A stretch of 63,498 bases of DNA, filler included, from Acidimicrobiia bacterium (GTDB taxonomy: Bacteria; Actinomycetota; Acidimicrobiia; Spongiisociales; JAHEDJ01), in the NCBI GenBank assembly GCA_029210695.1. It is 7 parts of 7 records of this genome, joined end to end, with 100 filler letters (N's around TTAATTAATTAA, not from the genome) between each part and the next. Parts side by side here need not be neighbours in the genome. Positions count along the whole stretch, not along the records: positions 30,812 to 39,564 come from JARGFH010000092.1; positions 39,665 to 47,789 come from JARGFH010000095.1; 5 more parts are not named here. One strand, 5' to 3'. The position numbers and the translations under genes are program-made. The notes beneath the pieces are model-generated. The model was not told the origin of the DNA. It ran no database searches and saw only the letters and a program-made list of their open reading frames with translations. This document shows positions 30,812 through 40,775 of the stretch, in pieces. Numbering within the stretch: position 1 is the stretch's first letter; every line of letters starts with the position of its first letter.

Positions 30812-30887
30812 CGAAGAAATCATTGCCAAAGTCAAACGAGGACGAGCCGCCCTCAACCAGATCACTGAATCCGCGACAGACCACTAG
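30812..30887 (+). mobile_element. 3' end of an IS630-family element
   Basis: Encodes EEIIAKVKRGRAALNQITESATDH*, with the stop in terminal CTAG. Confidence 0.75.
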
Positions 30888-30908
30888 TCATTTGGGACGA
30901 TGGTGGTG

Positions 30909-32381
30909 ATGGATCTACATCGATCGACACTGCTCCTCTGTCTGGCCTTGTTGACCTCGTGCACAACGAGCAATCCGCCTGGAGAGCGCGGAGACTCGAT
31001 CACCGCCACCTCCACGCTGCTGTTCGCCGGAGATGTGATGCTCGGTCGAGGGATCGCCCCGATTGCCGCCGCCGATCCGGACGGTTTGTTCGCAGACGTG
31101 AGCTTCGTCGTGCGATCGGCCGATCTGGCGTTCGCCAACCTCGAATCACCGCTAACCGACCTACCCCACGTTTCGGCGAACCCCTACGCGCTCGAAGCGT
31201 CTCCGGGCCTCGCCGTCCTACTCTCCCGGGCTGGATTCGACGTCATGAATATCGCCAACAACCACGCGGGAGATGCAGGGAGACCTTCGGTCATCGATAC
31301 CATCCAGGCGCTAGAGGCGGCCGACATCGGAGTGGTCGGTGGAGGCGCGGACGGCGCAGACGCCGCCAGGCCCCGGTACTCCGCGACCGCGGCGGGGTTG
31401 ACCGTTGCATCGCTCGCCTTCGACGCCAGTCAGACGGGAATCGAGGCAGGCTCGGGGCCCGGTATCGTGCGCTGGAATCGCGAGTCGGCGCGGGTAATGG
31501 TGGCAGAAGCGCGGGCGGCGGCCGACATCGTGGTGGTTTCATTGCACGGTGGTGTCGAATACGAAACCGATTCGGACCCAGCCTTTCTCCAGCATGCCAC
31601 CGACCTGGCTTCGTGGGGTGCAGATGTTGTATGGGGGCACGGTCCCCACGTCGTCCAACCCACCCGGGTCGTCGACCCCGACGGGGATGGGCGGAGGACG
31701 GTGATCGCCGCCAGCCTCGGCAACTTCCTCTTCGACCAGCAGCCAATCGATACACAACGAGGAGCGCTGCTCGAGACGCTCGTCACCGGCGGGGGCGTCG
31801 TCGCTTTTCGGATAGGCGTCACCGACCACACCGATCGAAGGGTTCATTTCGTCGAGTGGGAACCTCCCGCCGCCAACGCGGTGCTGCTCGGACTCGACTG
31901 GTGGACTCCGGTGGAGCCCTACAGCCTTGCACCCACGATCCCCGAGATTCCCCGGGACTTCGCGGCAGGCGACGTGGTTGACGCCGGACGTGGATACGTC
32001 AGAGGAGAAGACGAGGTCGACCTGGTTGTCTCATTTCGAAGGCCATTCGAGGAAACCGCAATAACCCGCCTCTTCCCCGATCGGGATTGGGTGGACTCCG
32101 CCGGCCGGAGTGCCCATCTCGGTGTCTACCGACCGGAGGATTACCGCCAGTGGTGGGTGGCGGGAAGTTTGTTTCGTCCGATCGCCGCCCTCGCCGTGTG
32201 CGATGGCGGAATCGCCGTCGCCTACTCGGAGCTGGACGACCCGGCGACGGTCGCCACCGGCGCCTTTCGGTGGGAGGGGTTCGGTTTCGCCGGCGCCGTC
32301 GAACTGACAGGTAACGGAAGCCCGGCATGCGCCGATATCGACCGCAACGGAGAAAGCGACCCTCTTGTTCTCAAACGATGA
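30909..32381 (+). CDS. CapA (PGA_cap) metallophosphoesterase-fold lipoprotein with C-terminal extension
   Basis: Lipobox LTSC; AGD, NLE, ANNHAGD, SLHGG, GHGPH, SLGNF. Confidence 0.88.
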   Translation: MDLHRSTLLLCLALLTSCTTSNPPGERGDSITATSTLLFAGDVMLGRGIAPIAAADPDGLFADVSFVVRSADLAFANLESPLTDLPHVSANPYALEASPGLAVLLSRAGFDVMNIANNHAGDAGRPSVIDTIQALEAADIGVVGGGADGADAARPRYSATAAGLTVASLAFDASQTGIEAGSGPGIVRWNRESARVMVAEARAAADIVVVSLHGGVEYETDSDPAFLQHATDLASWGADVVWGHGPHVVQPTRVVDPDGDGRRTVIAASLGNFLFDQQPIDTQRGALLETLVTGGGVVAFRIGVTDHTDRRVHFVEWEPPAANAVLLGLDWWTPVEPYSLAPTIPEIPRDFAAGDVVDAGRGYVRGEDEVDLVVSFRRPFEETAITRLFPDRDWVDSAGRSAHLGVYRPEDYRQWWVAGSLFRPIAALAVCDGGIAVAYSELDDPATVATGAFRWEGFGFAGAVELTGNGSPACADIDRNGESDPLVLKR

Positions 32382-32443
32382 AGAAAGGACCGGCATCGGG
32401 AACCAGTCCCGCTTCGCCGGCGTTTACCGCCATGGAGGTTGAC

Positions 32444-34723
32444 ATGCACCGGCCAACGGCCTTGTTGGTCGTCGCCGTCCTCACCGTGACAGCTTGCACG
32501 GGCACCGGCGCCGACACCACGAACCCGCCATCCACGACCCTACCCCCGTCCTCGACGACTCACGCGCCCCCCGTCACCACGTCGACACAACCCGTGTCGA
32601 CGACGACGGTTCCGATCGCCGTCACCGCCTCCATGCAGATCCAGCCACGGCCGATGGAGGCTTTCGCTCAGATGGACGACATCCCCCTCTTGGGAGATAC
32701 GCCTTTGTATGCCGGGCTTCCCCTTCCTTCGTCACTCGCCGGCGTCACGCTTTCCCCGCCTGTGCAGGCACTACTCGATGGGTATCCGGACGTGGAGTCG
32801 GCCTTGCTCGCCAACGGATTCGTCGTGGTCCCGGGTTGGGCGTCACTCTTCCAGAACGTGTACGGCCAGTTCGCATACGACAACCACGCAATGTTCGTGA
32901 CCACCGACATCGCCTACCACTACCTCCACCTGGCGTTCTCCAAGGTACTGCGCGACAGCGAAGAGGTCGTGCTCCTCCCGATCCTCGAGGAATTCGTCCT
33001 CGGATCGCTGGAAGCGACCAGGGACCAAGCATTGGAACTCAAAGGAACCGGACTCGAGGAGGCGGCAGACCGGGCGGAGCAACTGCTCGAAGCAACCGCC
33101 ACTCTGCTGGGCATCGATGTGGGGCCGATCGGCCCGCTCGCTCAGGAAGAAGTGGCGCTGGCTCTCGAAGGAGTGGCCTTCGTTCCCTCCCCGATCACGA
33201 GCTTCGTCGAAGGCAGCGCGGCAGTCTCAGCTGCGAACCTCGTCGACTACAGCCTGTTCAAACCGAGGGGCCACTACACACGCAGTGCCGACCTGGAACG
33301 CTACTTCCGCGCCATGTCGATGCTCGGCCAGGGATCCTTCTTCCTCAACGACTCCCGTTCTCTGCAGATCGGTGCCCTCGTGGCGAGGGCGGTATTCACC
33401 GACCCGGACCTGGTGGACGCATGGACCTTGATCTACGAGCCGACCGCATTCATGGTCGGCCTGGCAGATGACTACACGCCTCTGGAACTTCTGGCCATCG
33501 TCGACGACCTGGCCCCCGGCCTCGCAACCGATCCTGTCGCGCTGGCCGACCTGGACCTGATTGAGCGGATCTCCACCGACCTGGCTCAAACCCGGGCGGT
33601 GGGCATCAACCCCGAAGCCGCCGCGGTTCGCATCATGGGCGCTCGCTTCGTCATCGACTCGTTCGTGCTGGATCAGCTGGGCTGGCCCAGTGTCGGAGAA
33701 CCACCACCCGAGAAGCACCGGGTCTCAGTGTCGCCGCTCGATGTGGCTGCGGTCATGGGGTCCAACCTGGCGCTCGAGATACAGCGGGCTGCGGAGGAAC
33801 CTGCCTACCTCCACTACGAAGAACAACTAGCGAGCCTTCGCGACCTCCTGGCCACCAGGACCATCAACGAATGGGCCGCCACGGTGTACGACGCCTGGTT
33901 GTATGCGCTCCAGCCGAAGTGGTCGGAGAAAACCGGGGCGTTCCCCGACTTCATGCAGACGCCGGCCTGGACGGCCAAGGACCTGATGACCGGATTGGGT
34001 TCGTACACGGAGCTCAAGCACGACACGATCCTCTACGCCAAACAGGCGGTGCTGAACGAGGGAGGCGGCGACTGGATCGAACAGGAACCGCGTCACTGGG
34101 TGGAGCCTGACCCCGTTGCGTTCTTCCGGGTAGCACAGGTTGCCTTGCTGTTGAGGGACGGCCTGGACGACCGGGGCCTGCTCACCGAAGAACACCGGAC
34201 GCTACTCAACGACCTGATCTCGTTCGTCGATCGACTCGGTGGTATCGCCGGGGATGAGCTGGCAGGACGACCGGTTTCGACCGCCGACAATGACTGGCTC
34301 GAAGCCGTCGCCACCACGATGGAGGCGTTGTGGCTGGCGTCTTCGGACATCGATCCTGCGACCGGGTTGCCGTCCAGTCTCGACTCGATGGATGCCCTGA
34401 TCGCAGATATTGCCCGATCTTCGTTCTTGTACCTGGAGATCGGAACCGGGTACATCGATCGACTCCTCGTCCTGGTTCCCACCGATGATGGGCGCTTCCA
34501 GGTGGCTGAAGGAGGTGTGTACTCGTACTACGAGTTCTGGCGGCCGGAGGAGGAGGGGCGACTCACCGACGAGGAGTGGCGCAGCATGCTGCAGGCCTCA
34601 TGGGACTCCGGAGCCGACACCGGCGTTCCGGACCGATTCGAACCCGTCCCATTCGGTCACCCGGACGGGGGTGAACGCCTCCGGCCCGCCTGGCAAACCG
34701 CGTTCCTGGTTGAAGCAGGTTGA
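32444..34723 (+). CDS. DUF3160 family lipoprotein
   Basis: Lipobox VTAC; PRGHYTRS, SYTELKHDTILYAKQ, VYSYYEF, RLTDEEW; SD GGAGG. Confidence 0.88.
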   Translation: MHRPTALLVVAVLTVTACTGTGADTTNPPSTTLPPSSTTHAPPVTTSTQPVSTTTVPIAVTASMQIQPRPMEAFAQMDDIPLLGDTPLYAGLPLPSSLAGVTLSPPVQALLDGYPDVESALLANGFVVVPGWASLFQNVYGQFAYDNHAMFVTTDIAYHYLHLAFSKVLRDSEEVVLLPILEEFVLGSLEATRDQALELKGTGLEEAADRAEQLLEATATLLGIDVGPIGPLAQEEVALALEGVAFVPSPITSFVEGSAAVSAANLVDYSLFKPRGHYTRSADLERYFRAMSMLGQGSFFLNDSRSLQIGALVARAVFTDPDLVDAWTLIYEPTAFMVGLADDYTPLELLAIVDDLAPGLATDPVALADLDLIERISTDLAQTRAVGINPEAAAVRIMGARFVIDSFVLDQLGWPSVGEPPPEKHRVSVSPLDVAAVMGSNLALEIQRAAEEPAYLHYEEQLASLRDLLATRTINEWAATVYDAWLYALQPKWSEKTGAFPDFMQTPAWTAKDLMTGLGSYTELKHDTILYAKQAVLNEGGGDWIEQEPRHWVEPDPVAFFRVAQVALLLRDGLDDRGLLTEEHRTLLNDLISFVDRLGGIAGDELAGRPVSTADNDWLEAVATTMEALWLASSDIDPATGLPSSLDSMDALIADIARSSFLYLEIGTGYIDRLLVLVPTDDGRFQVAEGGVYSYYEFWRPEEEGRLTDEEWRSMLQASWDSGADTGVPDRFEPVPFGHPDGGERLRPAWQTAFLVEAG

Positions 34724-34734
34724 GCAAAGGAATC

Positions 34735-34766
34735 GGGTGGGGTGGGCCAAAAAGCCCGCCCCACCC
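34735..34766. terminator. Hairpin between convergent genes
   Basis: GGGTGGGGTGGGC-CAAAAA-GCCCGCCCCACCC. Confidence 0.6.
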
Positions 34767-34794
34767 GATGGCCATCCGCTGGAGTTTCTTCCGA

Positions 34795-36219
34795 TTAGGT
34801 GTCGTAGTACATCGAGAACTCGTGCGGGTGCGGACGCAGCCGCAGCGCATCGACCTCGTGCACCTGCTTGTAGTCGATCCAGGCGTTGATGAGATCCATC
34901 GTGAACACGTCACCCTGAAGCAGGAAGTCGTGGTCGGCCTGGAGAGCAGCCAGCGCCTCTTCGAGGCTGCCGGGCACGGACGGCAGGTTCGCCAACTCGG
35001 AAGGCGGCAGGTCGTAAATATCCTTGTCGACCGGAGGGGGCGGCTCGATCTGGTTCTGAACCCCGTCGAGACCCGCCATGAGCATCGCCGCGAAGGCGAG
35101 GTAGGTGTTGGCCGAAGGATCCGGGCAGCGGAACTCGAGACGCTTGAGCGCCGGCTTCTGGGAGTACAGCGGGATACGCACCGCAGCCGACCGGTTGCGC
35201 TGGCTATACACCAGGTTGACCGGAGCTTCGTAGCCGGGCACGAGGCGCCGGTACGAGTTGGTGGTCGGAGCGGCGAATGCCAGCACCGCAGGAGCGTGCT
35301 TGAGAAGTCCTCCAATGTACCAACGGGCCATGTCCGAAAGCCCGGCGTATCCGTTCGGATCGTAGAACAGCGGCACGCCGTCCTTCCACAGGCTCTGGTG
35401 CGTGTGCATCCCTGAGCCGTTGTCCATGAACACCGGCTTCGGCATGAACGTGACCGTCTTGCCGTGTGCCCAGGCGACGTTCTTGACGACATACTTGAAG
35501 ATCGTGACGTCGTCGGCCTGGCGCAGCAGTGTGTTGTAGCGGATGTCGATCTCGGCCTGACCGGCAGTCCCGACCTCGTGGTGATGGACTTCGACCTTGA
35601 TGTTGAGCTTCTCGAGTTCGAGCGACATCTCGGATCGCAGGTCCTGGAAGTGGTCCGTCGGAGGAACCGGGAAGTAGCCCTCTTTGTATCCGGGCTTGTA
35701 GGCGAGGTTCTTACCATCCTCTTCGGCCGCGGTGTTCCATGCACCCTCGATCGACTGCACCTCATGGAACGACGAGAACTCATTCTGCATGAATCGAGCG
35801 GAATCGAAAATGTAGAACTCGGCCTCGGGGCCCCAGAATGAGGTATCGGCTATGCCGGTTCCGGACAGGTAGGCCTCAGCCTTGGCTGCGATGTAGCGCG
35901 GATCGCGGTCGTACGGCTCACCGGTGATTGGATCATGGACGAAGCAATAGAGCACCAGGGTCTTGTGCTTCATGAACGGATCGACGAACGCCGTGGCCGG
36001 GTCGGGCTTGAGGATCATGTCCGATTCCTGGATCTCCTGGAAGCCCCGAATCGAAGATCCGTCGAAACCGAACCCTTCAGTGAAACCATCCTCGTCGAGT
36101 TGGTCGGCCGGGATGGTGAAGTGCTGGACTTGACCCGGCAGATCACAGAAGCGAAGGTCGACGAATTGGCATTCCTCAGAAACGAGTTGCTGAAGAATAT
36201 CGGCTGCTGTTTTGCTCAC
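34795..36219 (-). CDS. glnA: Glutamine synthetase type I (adenylylatable GSI-beta)
   Basis: [43 protein letters not shown] adenylylation site; GTG with SD GAGGAG. Confidence 0.96.
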   Translation of the reverse strand: MSKTAADILQQLVSEECQFVDLRFCDLPGQVQHFTIPADQLDEDGFTEGFGFDGSSIRGFQEIQESDMILKPDPATAFVDPFMKHKTLVLYCFVHDPITGEPYDRDPRYIAAKAEAYLSGTGIADTSFWGPEAEFYIFDSARFMQNEFSSFHEVQSIEGAWNTAAEEDGKNLAYKPGYKEGYFPVPPTDHFQDLRSEMSLELEKLNIKVEVHHHEVGTAGQAEIDIRYNTLLRQADDVTIFKYVVKNVAWAHGKTVTFMPKPVFMDNGSGMHTHQSLWKDGVPLFYDPNGYAGLSDMARWYIGGLLKHAPAVLAFAAPTTNSYRRLVPGYEAPVNLVYSQRNRSAAVRIPLYSQKPALKRLEFRCPDPSANTYLAFAAMLMAGLDGVQNQIEPPPPVDKDIYDLPPSELANLPSVPGSLEEALAALQADHDFLLQGDVFTMDLINAWIDYKQVHEVDALRLRPHPHEFSMYYDT

Positions 36220-36295
36220 GTTGGGATTCTCCTCGGGTACCGGTTCCGGGCGCCGCTCTGCGGCCCCTGCGCTCCCCTGAGCGTTCCACGGATCC

Positions 36296-36333
36296 GTTTC
36301 CGCCGGGTTGCCCGAATGTGAATGGACGGTTAA
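36296..36333 (-). promoter_or_regulatory. GlnR binding boxes upstream of glnA
   Basis: TTAAC-n6-TTCAC-n6-GCAAC-n6-GAAAC, fitting the Streptomyces gTnAc-n6-GaAAc consensus. Confidence 0.75.
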
Positions 36334-36574
36334 CAGATCCGGGCTTGGAAAGGCCTGGGTGATGGGTCCAAACCCCGTCTCAGATTCCACGTTTCGGGCA
36401 GGTCCACCTTGAATCGTCAATAGCGACAAAGGCGAACGCCGGTCGCGATCTCATGGATGCACCTAGGAACCCGCACTGGGATTTGGCATTCGGCACCTGA
36501 CTCGAGGTTCGCATTGAGAGACGGCGAGCTTCATTCGGGTATCGTTTCCGACGTCGACCAAGAAGGAGGACCAC

Positions 36575-37900
36575 GTGGACAAACAGGCCGAGTATGTACT
36601 TCGCACCGTCGAAGAGCGGGGCATCCGGTTTGTCCGCCTGTGGTTCACCGACGTCCAGGGATTCCTGAAGTCGGTATCCATCAGTCCGGCTGAACTGGAG
36701 ACGGCGTTCGACGAAGGCATGACGTTCGACGGGTCGGCCATCGACGGCTATGCCCGGGTTCAAGAGGCCGACATGCTGGCCGTGCCGGATCCCGCCAGCT
36801 TTCAAATCCTCCCGTGGCGGCCCGAACAGCAGGTCGCCCGTATGTTCTGTGACATCGTCACTCCCGATGGGGAGCCCTTCGAAGGCGACCCCCGCTACGT
36901 GCTGCGACGCAACCTCCAGCGGGCCGCCGATCTCGGCTTCTCGTTCTACGTCGGACCCGAACTCGAGTACTTCTACTTCAAGAGTTCGAAAGGCAAACCC
37001 AAGGTGCTCGATCAGGGCGGCTATTTCGACCTGACCCCGCTCGACGTTGCGCAGGAATACCGGCGAACCACGATCAATGCTCTTGAGCAACTCGGCATCC
37101 CGGTGGAATACTCGCACCACGAGGTAGCGCCGAGCCAGCACGAGATCGACCTTCGCTATACAGACGCACTGACGATGGCCGACAACGTCATGACGTTCCG
37201 CCTCGCCGTCAAGGAAGTCGCCATCGAACACGGCATCTATGCCACGTTCATGCCGAAACCACTCGAAGCACACGACGGCTCCGGATTCCATATGCACCTG
37301 TCACTGTTTGAGGGGGACCGGAACGCCTTCTACGAAGCCGGGGCCGACAACGGGCTCTCGAAAGTGGCAGAGGGGTTCATCGCGGGCATCCTCAAGCATG
37401 CTCCCGAACTGACTGCCATCACGAATCAATGGGTCAACTCGTACAAACGTCTCGTGAAGGGTTTCGAAGCACCGATCTACACCTTCTGGGCGCGCAACAA
37501 CCAGTCCGCACTGATCAGGGTCCCAACGGTCAAGCGCGGGAAGGCCTCCTCGACGCGCATCGAGTACCGCGCACCCGATTCCGCCTGCAACCCGTACCTC
37601 GCCTTCTCGGTGTTGCTGGCTGCCGGCCTGGCCGGGATCGAGAACAACTACGAACTACCCGCCGAGGTGTCCAACAACATCTTCGAGATGACGACCGCCG
37701 AACGTAAGGCGCTGGGAGTCGGCAGGTTGCCGGCCACGCTCGATCATGCACTCGACGCCATGGAGGCTTCTGAGCTGATGGCGGATGCGCTCGGCGAGCA
37801 CATGTTCTCGTGGTTCCTTCGCAACAAGCGGAAGGAATGGGACAAATTCCAGAACCACGTGTCTGAGTTTGAACTCGAGAGGTATCTTCCCATCCTGTGA
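36575..37900 (+). CDS. glnA2: Glutamine synthetase family protein (GlnA2-like)
   Basis: VRLWFTDVQG, FDGSAIDG, HHEVAPSQHEID, ERYLPIL C-terminus. Confidence 0.9.
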   Translation: MDKQAEYVLRTVEERGIRFVRLWFTDVQGFLKSVSISPAELETAFDEGMTFDGSAIDGYARVQEADMLAVPDPASFQILPWRPEQQVARMFCDIVTPDGEPFEGDPRYVLRRNLQRAADLGFSFYVGPELEYFYFKSSKGKPKVLDQGGYFDLTPLDVAQEYRRTTINALEQLGIPVEYSHHEVAPSQHEIDLRYTDALTMADNVMTFRLAVKEVAIEHGIYATFMPKPLEAHDGSGFHMHLSLFEGDRNAFYEAGADNGLSKVAEGFIAGILKHAPELTAITNQWVNSYKRLVKGFEAPIYTFWARNNQSALIRVPTVKRGKASSTRIEYRAPDSACNPYLAFSVLLAAGLAGIENNYELPAEVSNNIFEMTTAERKALGVGRLPATLDHALDAMEASELMADALGEHMFSWFLRNKRKEWDKFQNHVSEFELERYLPIL

Positions 37901-38523
37901 TAACCGTCGCCGTTTCCTCCGCCGCAGACCTGCAGGAGCTGACCGAGGCTCTGATGCTGGCCGGTGCCCTCGCCACCCCGGTCGAGGCGGGTGACGCCGA
38001 CGGCGAATGGGGTGTCGCACTGGTCGATCTTCGTTCGGAACCGCTGCAGCAGCTGCGAGAAGCCAGGCGAATATCGGAAGACATCGGCTGTCCGGTCATG
38101 GTGGTGATCACGTCGACCCAGACCACACTCCTCGAACACGAACGATGGATCGCCGACTTCATCAACGAACCGATCGACACGCTCGAACTCCGCTTGCGGG
38201 TGAGCCGCCTCGCCGGTCACGAGGAGGGGATCCAATCGGTCGAGTACAAGAGCCTCGAACTCAACCTCGCCACCTACCAGGCGACCATCGACGCAAAGCC
38301 GATCGACCTCACCTACATGGAATACGAACTGCTGCGCTACTTCATCGAGCACCAGGGGCGGGTCTGGAGCCGCGAGCAGTTGCTGCAAAAAGTGTGGGGA
38401 TACGACTACTTCGGGGGCGCCCGCACCGTGGACGTCCACGTGCGGCGCCTGCGTTCCAAGTTGGGCGAAGAGCGGGCGAGCTGGATCACGACGGTGCGAT
38501 CGGTGGGCTACCGGTTCGGTTGA
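37897..38523 (+). CDS. glnR: Orphan OmpR-family nitrogen regulator GlnR
   Basis: Atypical receiver; VWGYDYFGGARTVDVHVRRLRSKLG; GTGA-coupled to glnA2. Confidence 0.8.
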   Translation: MITVAVSSAADLQELTEALMLAGALATPVEAGDADGEWGVALVDLRSEPLQQLREARRISEDIGCPVMVVITSTQTTLLEHERWIADFINEPIDTLELRLRVSRLAGHEEGIQSVEYKSLELNLATYQATIDAKPIDLTYMEYELLRYFIEHQGRVWSREQLLQKVWGYDYFGGARTVDVHVRRLRSKLGEERASWITTVRSVGYRFG

Positions 38524-38537
38524 CCACCAGCTTTTGA

Positions 38538-38591
38538 CCGTTCTGGCGTCAGAAACCCGACAGAATTGCGCGCTTCCTGACGCCAGAACGG
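38538..38591 (+). repeat. REP-like palindrome family 2
   Basis: CCGTTCTGGCGTCAGAAA...TTCCTGACGCCAGAACGG. Confidence 0.88.
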
Positions 38592-38607
38592 GGATTACCC
38601 TTGGCCC

Positions 38608-39414
38608 ATGGACCCGCTCATCCCTGCGGAGATCGACAGGCACTACTCTGACCTGTACGCCGAATCTCAGCGCCTCAGTGAGGACGGCCTCGGCAGGATC
38701 GAGCTGATCCGGACCAAGGAGATTCTGGTGCGCTACCTCCCGGAGGCTCCCGCCGAGATCCTGGACATCGGTGGAGGCCCCGGCGTGTATTCGGTCTGGC
38801 TCACCAGCCTTGGTCACAGACCGACATTGATCGACCCGGTCGCCCTCCATGTGCAACAGGCGCGGGAGGCCGGAGTACCGTCGGCCGAGCTCGGTGTGGC
38901 CGGCCAACTCGAGTTCACCGACGACAGCTTCGACGCAGTTCTGATGTTCGGTCCGCTCTATCACCTTCAGGAACGCTCCGACCGCCTGGCAGCCTTGCGT
39001 GAGGCCCACCGCGTCCTGAGGCAGGGCGGTCTCCTATTCGTGGCAGGGATCACCCGATACGCCTCCGCCATCGACGGACTCGACTCTGGTTTCATCGACC
39101 ACGAAGACTTCGAACGGACCGTGCACGTCGATTTGGCAACGGGCAAGCACACCAACCACACCGCAGATCCCAGGTTCTTCACGACCGCGTATTTTCATCT
39201 GCCGGATGAACTTGTAGGAGAACTCGAGGCGACGGGGTTCACAGATGTGGAGATCGTGGCAGTGGAAGGCATGTCGTGGGCGGCCCGGGACTTGGAAGAG
39301 CGAATCTCCGATCCCGACAAGCTGAGGGCAGTACTCGACCTCCTTCGCCGTTTGGAGTCGGCCCCCTCACTGCTCGGAGCGACTCCACATTTCCTGGCGA
39401 TCGGTCGAACCTGA
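38608..39414 (+). CDS. Class I SAM-dependent methyltransferase
   Basis: ILDIGGGPG, FDAVLMFGPLYHL, RVLRQGG. Confidence 0.9.
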   Translation: MDPLIPAEIDRHYSDLYAESQRLSEDGLGRIELIRTKEILVRYLPEAPAEILDIGGGPGVYSVWLTSLGHRPTLIDPVALHVQQAREAGVPSAELGVAGQLEFTDDSFDAVLMFGPLYHLQERSDRLAALREAHRVLRQGGLLFVAGITRYASAIDGLDSGFIDHEDFERTVHVDLATGKHTNHTADPRFFTTAYFHLPDELVGELEATGFTDVEIVAVEGMSWAARDLEERISDPDKLRAVLDLLRRLESAPSLLGATPHFLAIGRT

Positions 39415-39420
39415 CCACTA

Positions 39421-39478
39421 CCCCATTCTGGCGTCAGAAACCCCCCAGAATGGCGCGCTTCCTGACGCCAGAACGGGG
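39421..39478 (+). repeat. REP-like palindrome family 2
   Basis: Direct-orientation near copy of 38538-38591. Confidence 0.88.
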
Positions 39479-39492
39479 GGCTAGCTCTCTAG

Positions 39493-39564
39493 GTGGCTGC
39501 CGAAAAAGTGGCTTTCGGTGAGGTTGGTTGGCGGCGGGCCAGTCGTGGGTGATGCCGGAGACCA
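39493..39564. mobile_element. IS terminus identical to 10900-10970
   Basis: CTAG|GTGGCTGCCGAAAAAGTGGCTTTC... Confidence 0.8.
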
Positions 39565-39664
39565 NNNNNNNNNNNNNNNNNNNNNNNNNNNNNNNNNNNN
39601 NNNNNNNNTTAATTAATTAANNNNNNNNNNNNNNNNNNNNNNNNNNNNNNNNNNNNNNNNNNNN

Positions 39665-39739
39665 GAGCCCTCCTCTACGCCGGAAAACCCAACTGGAATC
39701 TACTCGCCACCATCACACCCCGCTGAAATCCGATGAGCC
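39665..39739 (+). mobile_element. 3' end of an ISL3-family element
   Basis: Encodes ALLYAGKPNWNLLATITPR*; terminus AATCCGATGAGCC (GGCTC-type IR). Confidence 0.8.
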
Positions 39740-39830
39740 AGATAACGGGCGGCAACAGGGTCTAAGTGCCCGACCTTCAGACGCTCCTAGGCAGGCCATT
39801 CTGTCCCAATCGAACCGCAGAATCAGATGT

Positions 39831-40775
39831 ATGGGTAATCTCAGATTGTTCAAGAGAGGAGCAACTGTCACCAGCCGACCCGAACCGCGTGCCCGAGTTG
39901 AGCTCCGCCTGAGCGGAGGAAGCGACGGTGCCATTCCTCTGAACGAACTCGCTCAGGTCGCAAACCATGCGCAAGAGCTTGTTCGCAAGCTAGCCCGGGC
40001 GATAGCGGACAAATCTGGGCCGGGACGCCCACCCGCCGTGCTCGATCAGATGTCGGCGCTCGTTGCGGTTGGGATTCATCAAGGCAGTGCTGTCCTTGAC
40101 ATCGAAGCACCTTCGTGGAGTGGCGAATTCGACCTCGCAGAAGATGTCGGTTTCGACGCAGGGATTCAGGCGCTCGAAATGGTGGCGGACGCAATGGCCG
40201 CAGTAGCAGGTTCCCAGCCACTTCCGGATAAGTTCAACGAGTCCAGCCGGGCGGACCTCGCACAACTCCTTGAAGCGACATCGTCGTACGAGAGACTCGA
40301 ATGGAACCTGTCGCACCACGGCAAAGAAGTGAGGGCCAGCGTGTCACCGATGGCAATCTCCGTGCCGGCCCTGCATCAGCCGACAAAGCGGCCACCTGGG
40401 CGCGGAACGGTGGAGGGCGAGCTATACGCCCTGAACGCTCGCACCGGGAGCTATCAACTTGAGGATGCCGCTCTGTACACCATTCGCTGCCACGTCGAAC
40501 CTGGCAGCATTCTGGCCGCAGAGCTTGATCGCCTCGTCCGCCGAACGGTCGCGGTGACGGGGATCGTCGATTGGGACAAAGCCGGCAGAGCGACCGACGT
40601 GAGGGTCGAGGCCATCAACGCACGGCCGCATGAAGCTACGAATGATTTCTGGGACTTCAGACTTGAGAAGGCCCTTTCGGATGTCCACGAAATCACCGGA
40701 ATCGAAGATCTCGCTCTTGCGGAAATAACTCCAGAAGAAGCTGACGCTTTCAGAACGGCGATGGGATTCGAATGA
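39831..40775 (+). CDS. Uncharacterised 314-aa protein coupled to a PIN gene
   Basis: Long ORF; beta-rich C-terminal half; ATGA overlap with the PIN gene. Confidence 0.75.
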   Translation: MGNLRLFKRGATVTSRPEPRARVELRLSGGSDGAIPLNELAQVANHAQELVRKLARAIADKSGPGRPPAVLDQMSALVAVGIHQGSAVLDIEAPSWSGEFDLAEDVGFDAGIQALEMVADAMAAVAGSQPLPDKFNESSRADLAQLLEATSSYERLEWNLSHHGKEVRASVSPMAISVPALHQPTKRPPGRGTVEGELYALNARTGSYQLEDAALYTIRCHVEPGSILAAELDRLVRRTVAVTGIVDWDKAGRATDVRVEAINARPHEATNDFWDFRLEKALSDVHEITGIEDLALAEITPEEADAFRTAMGFE

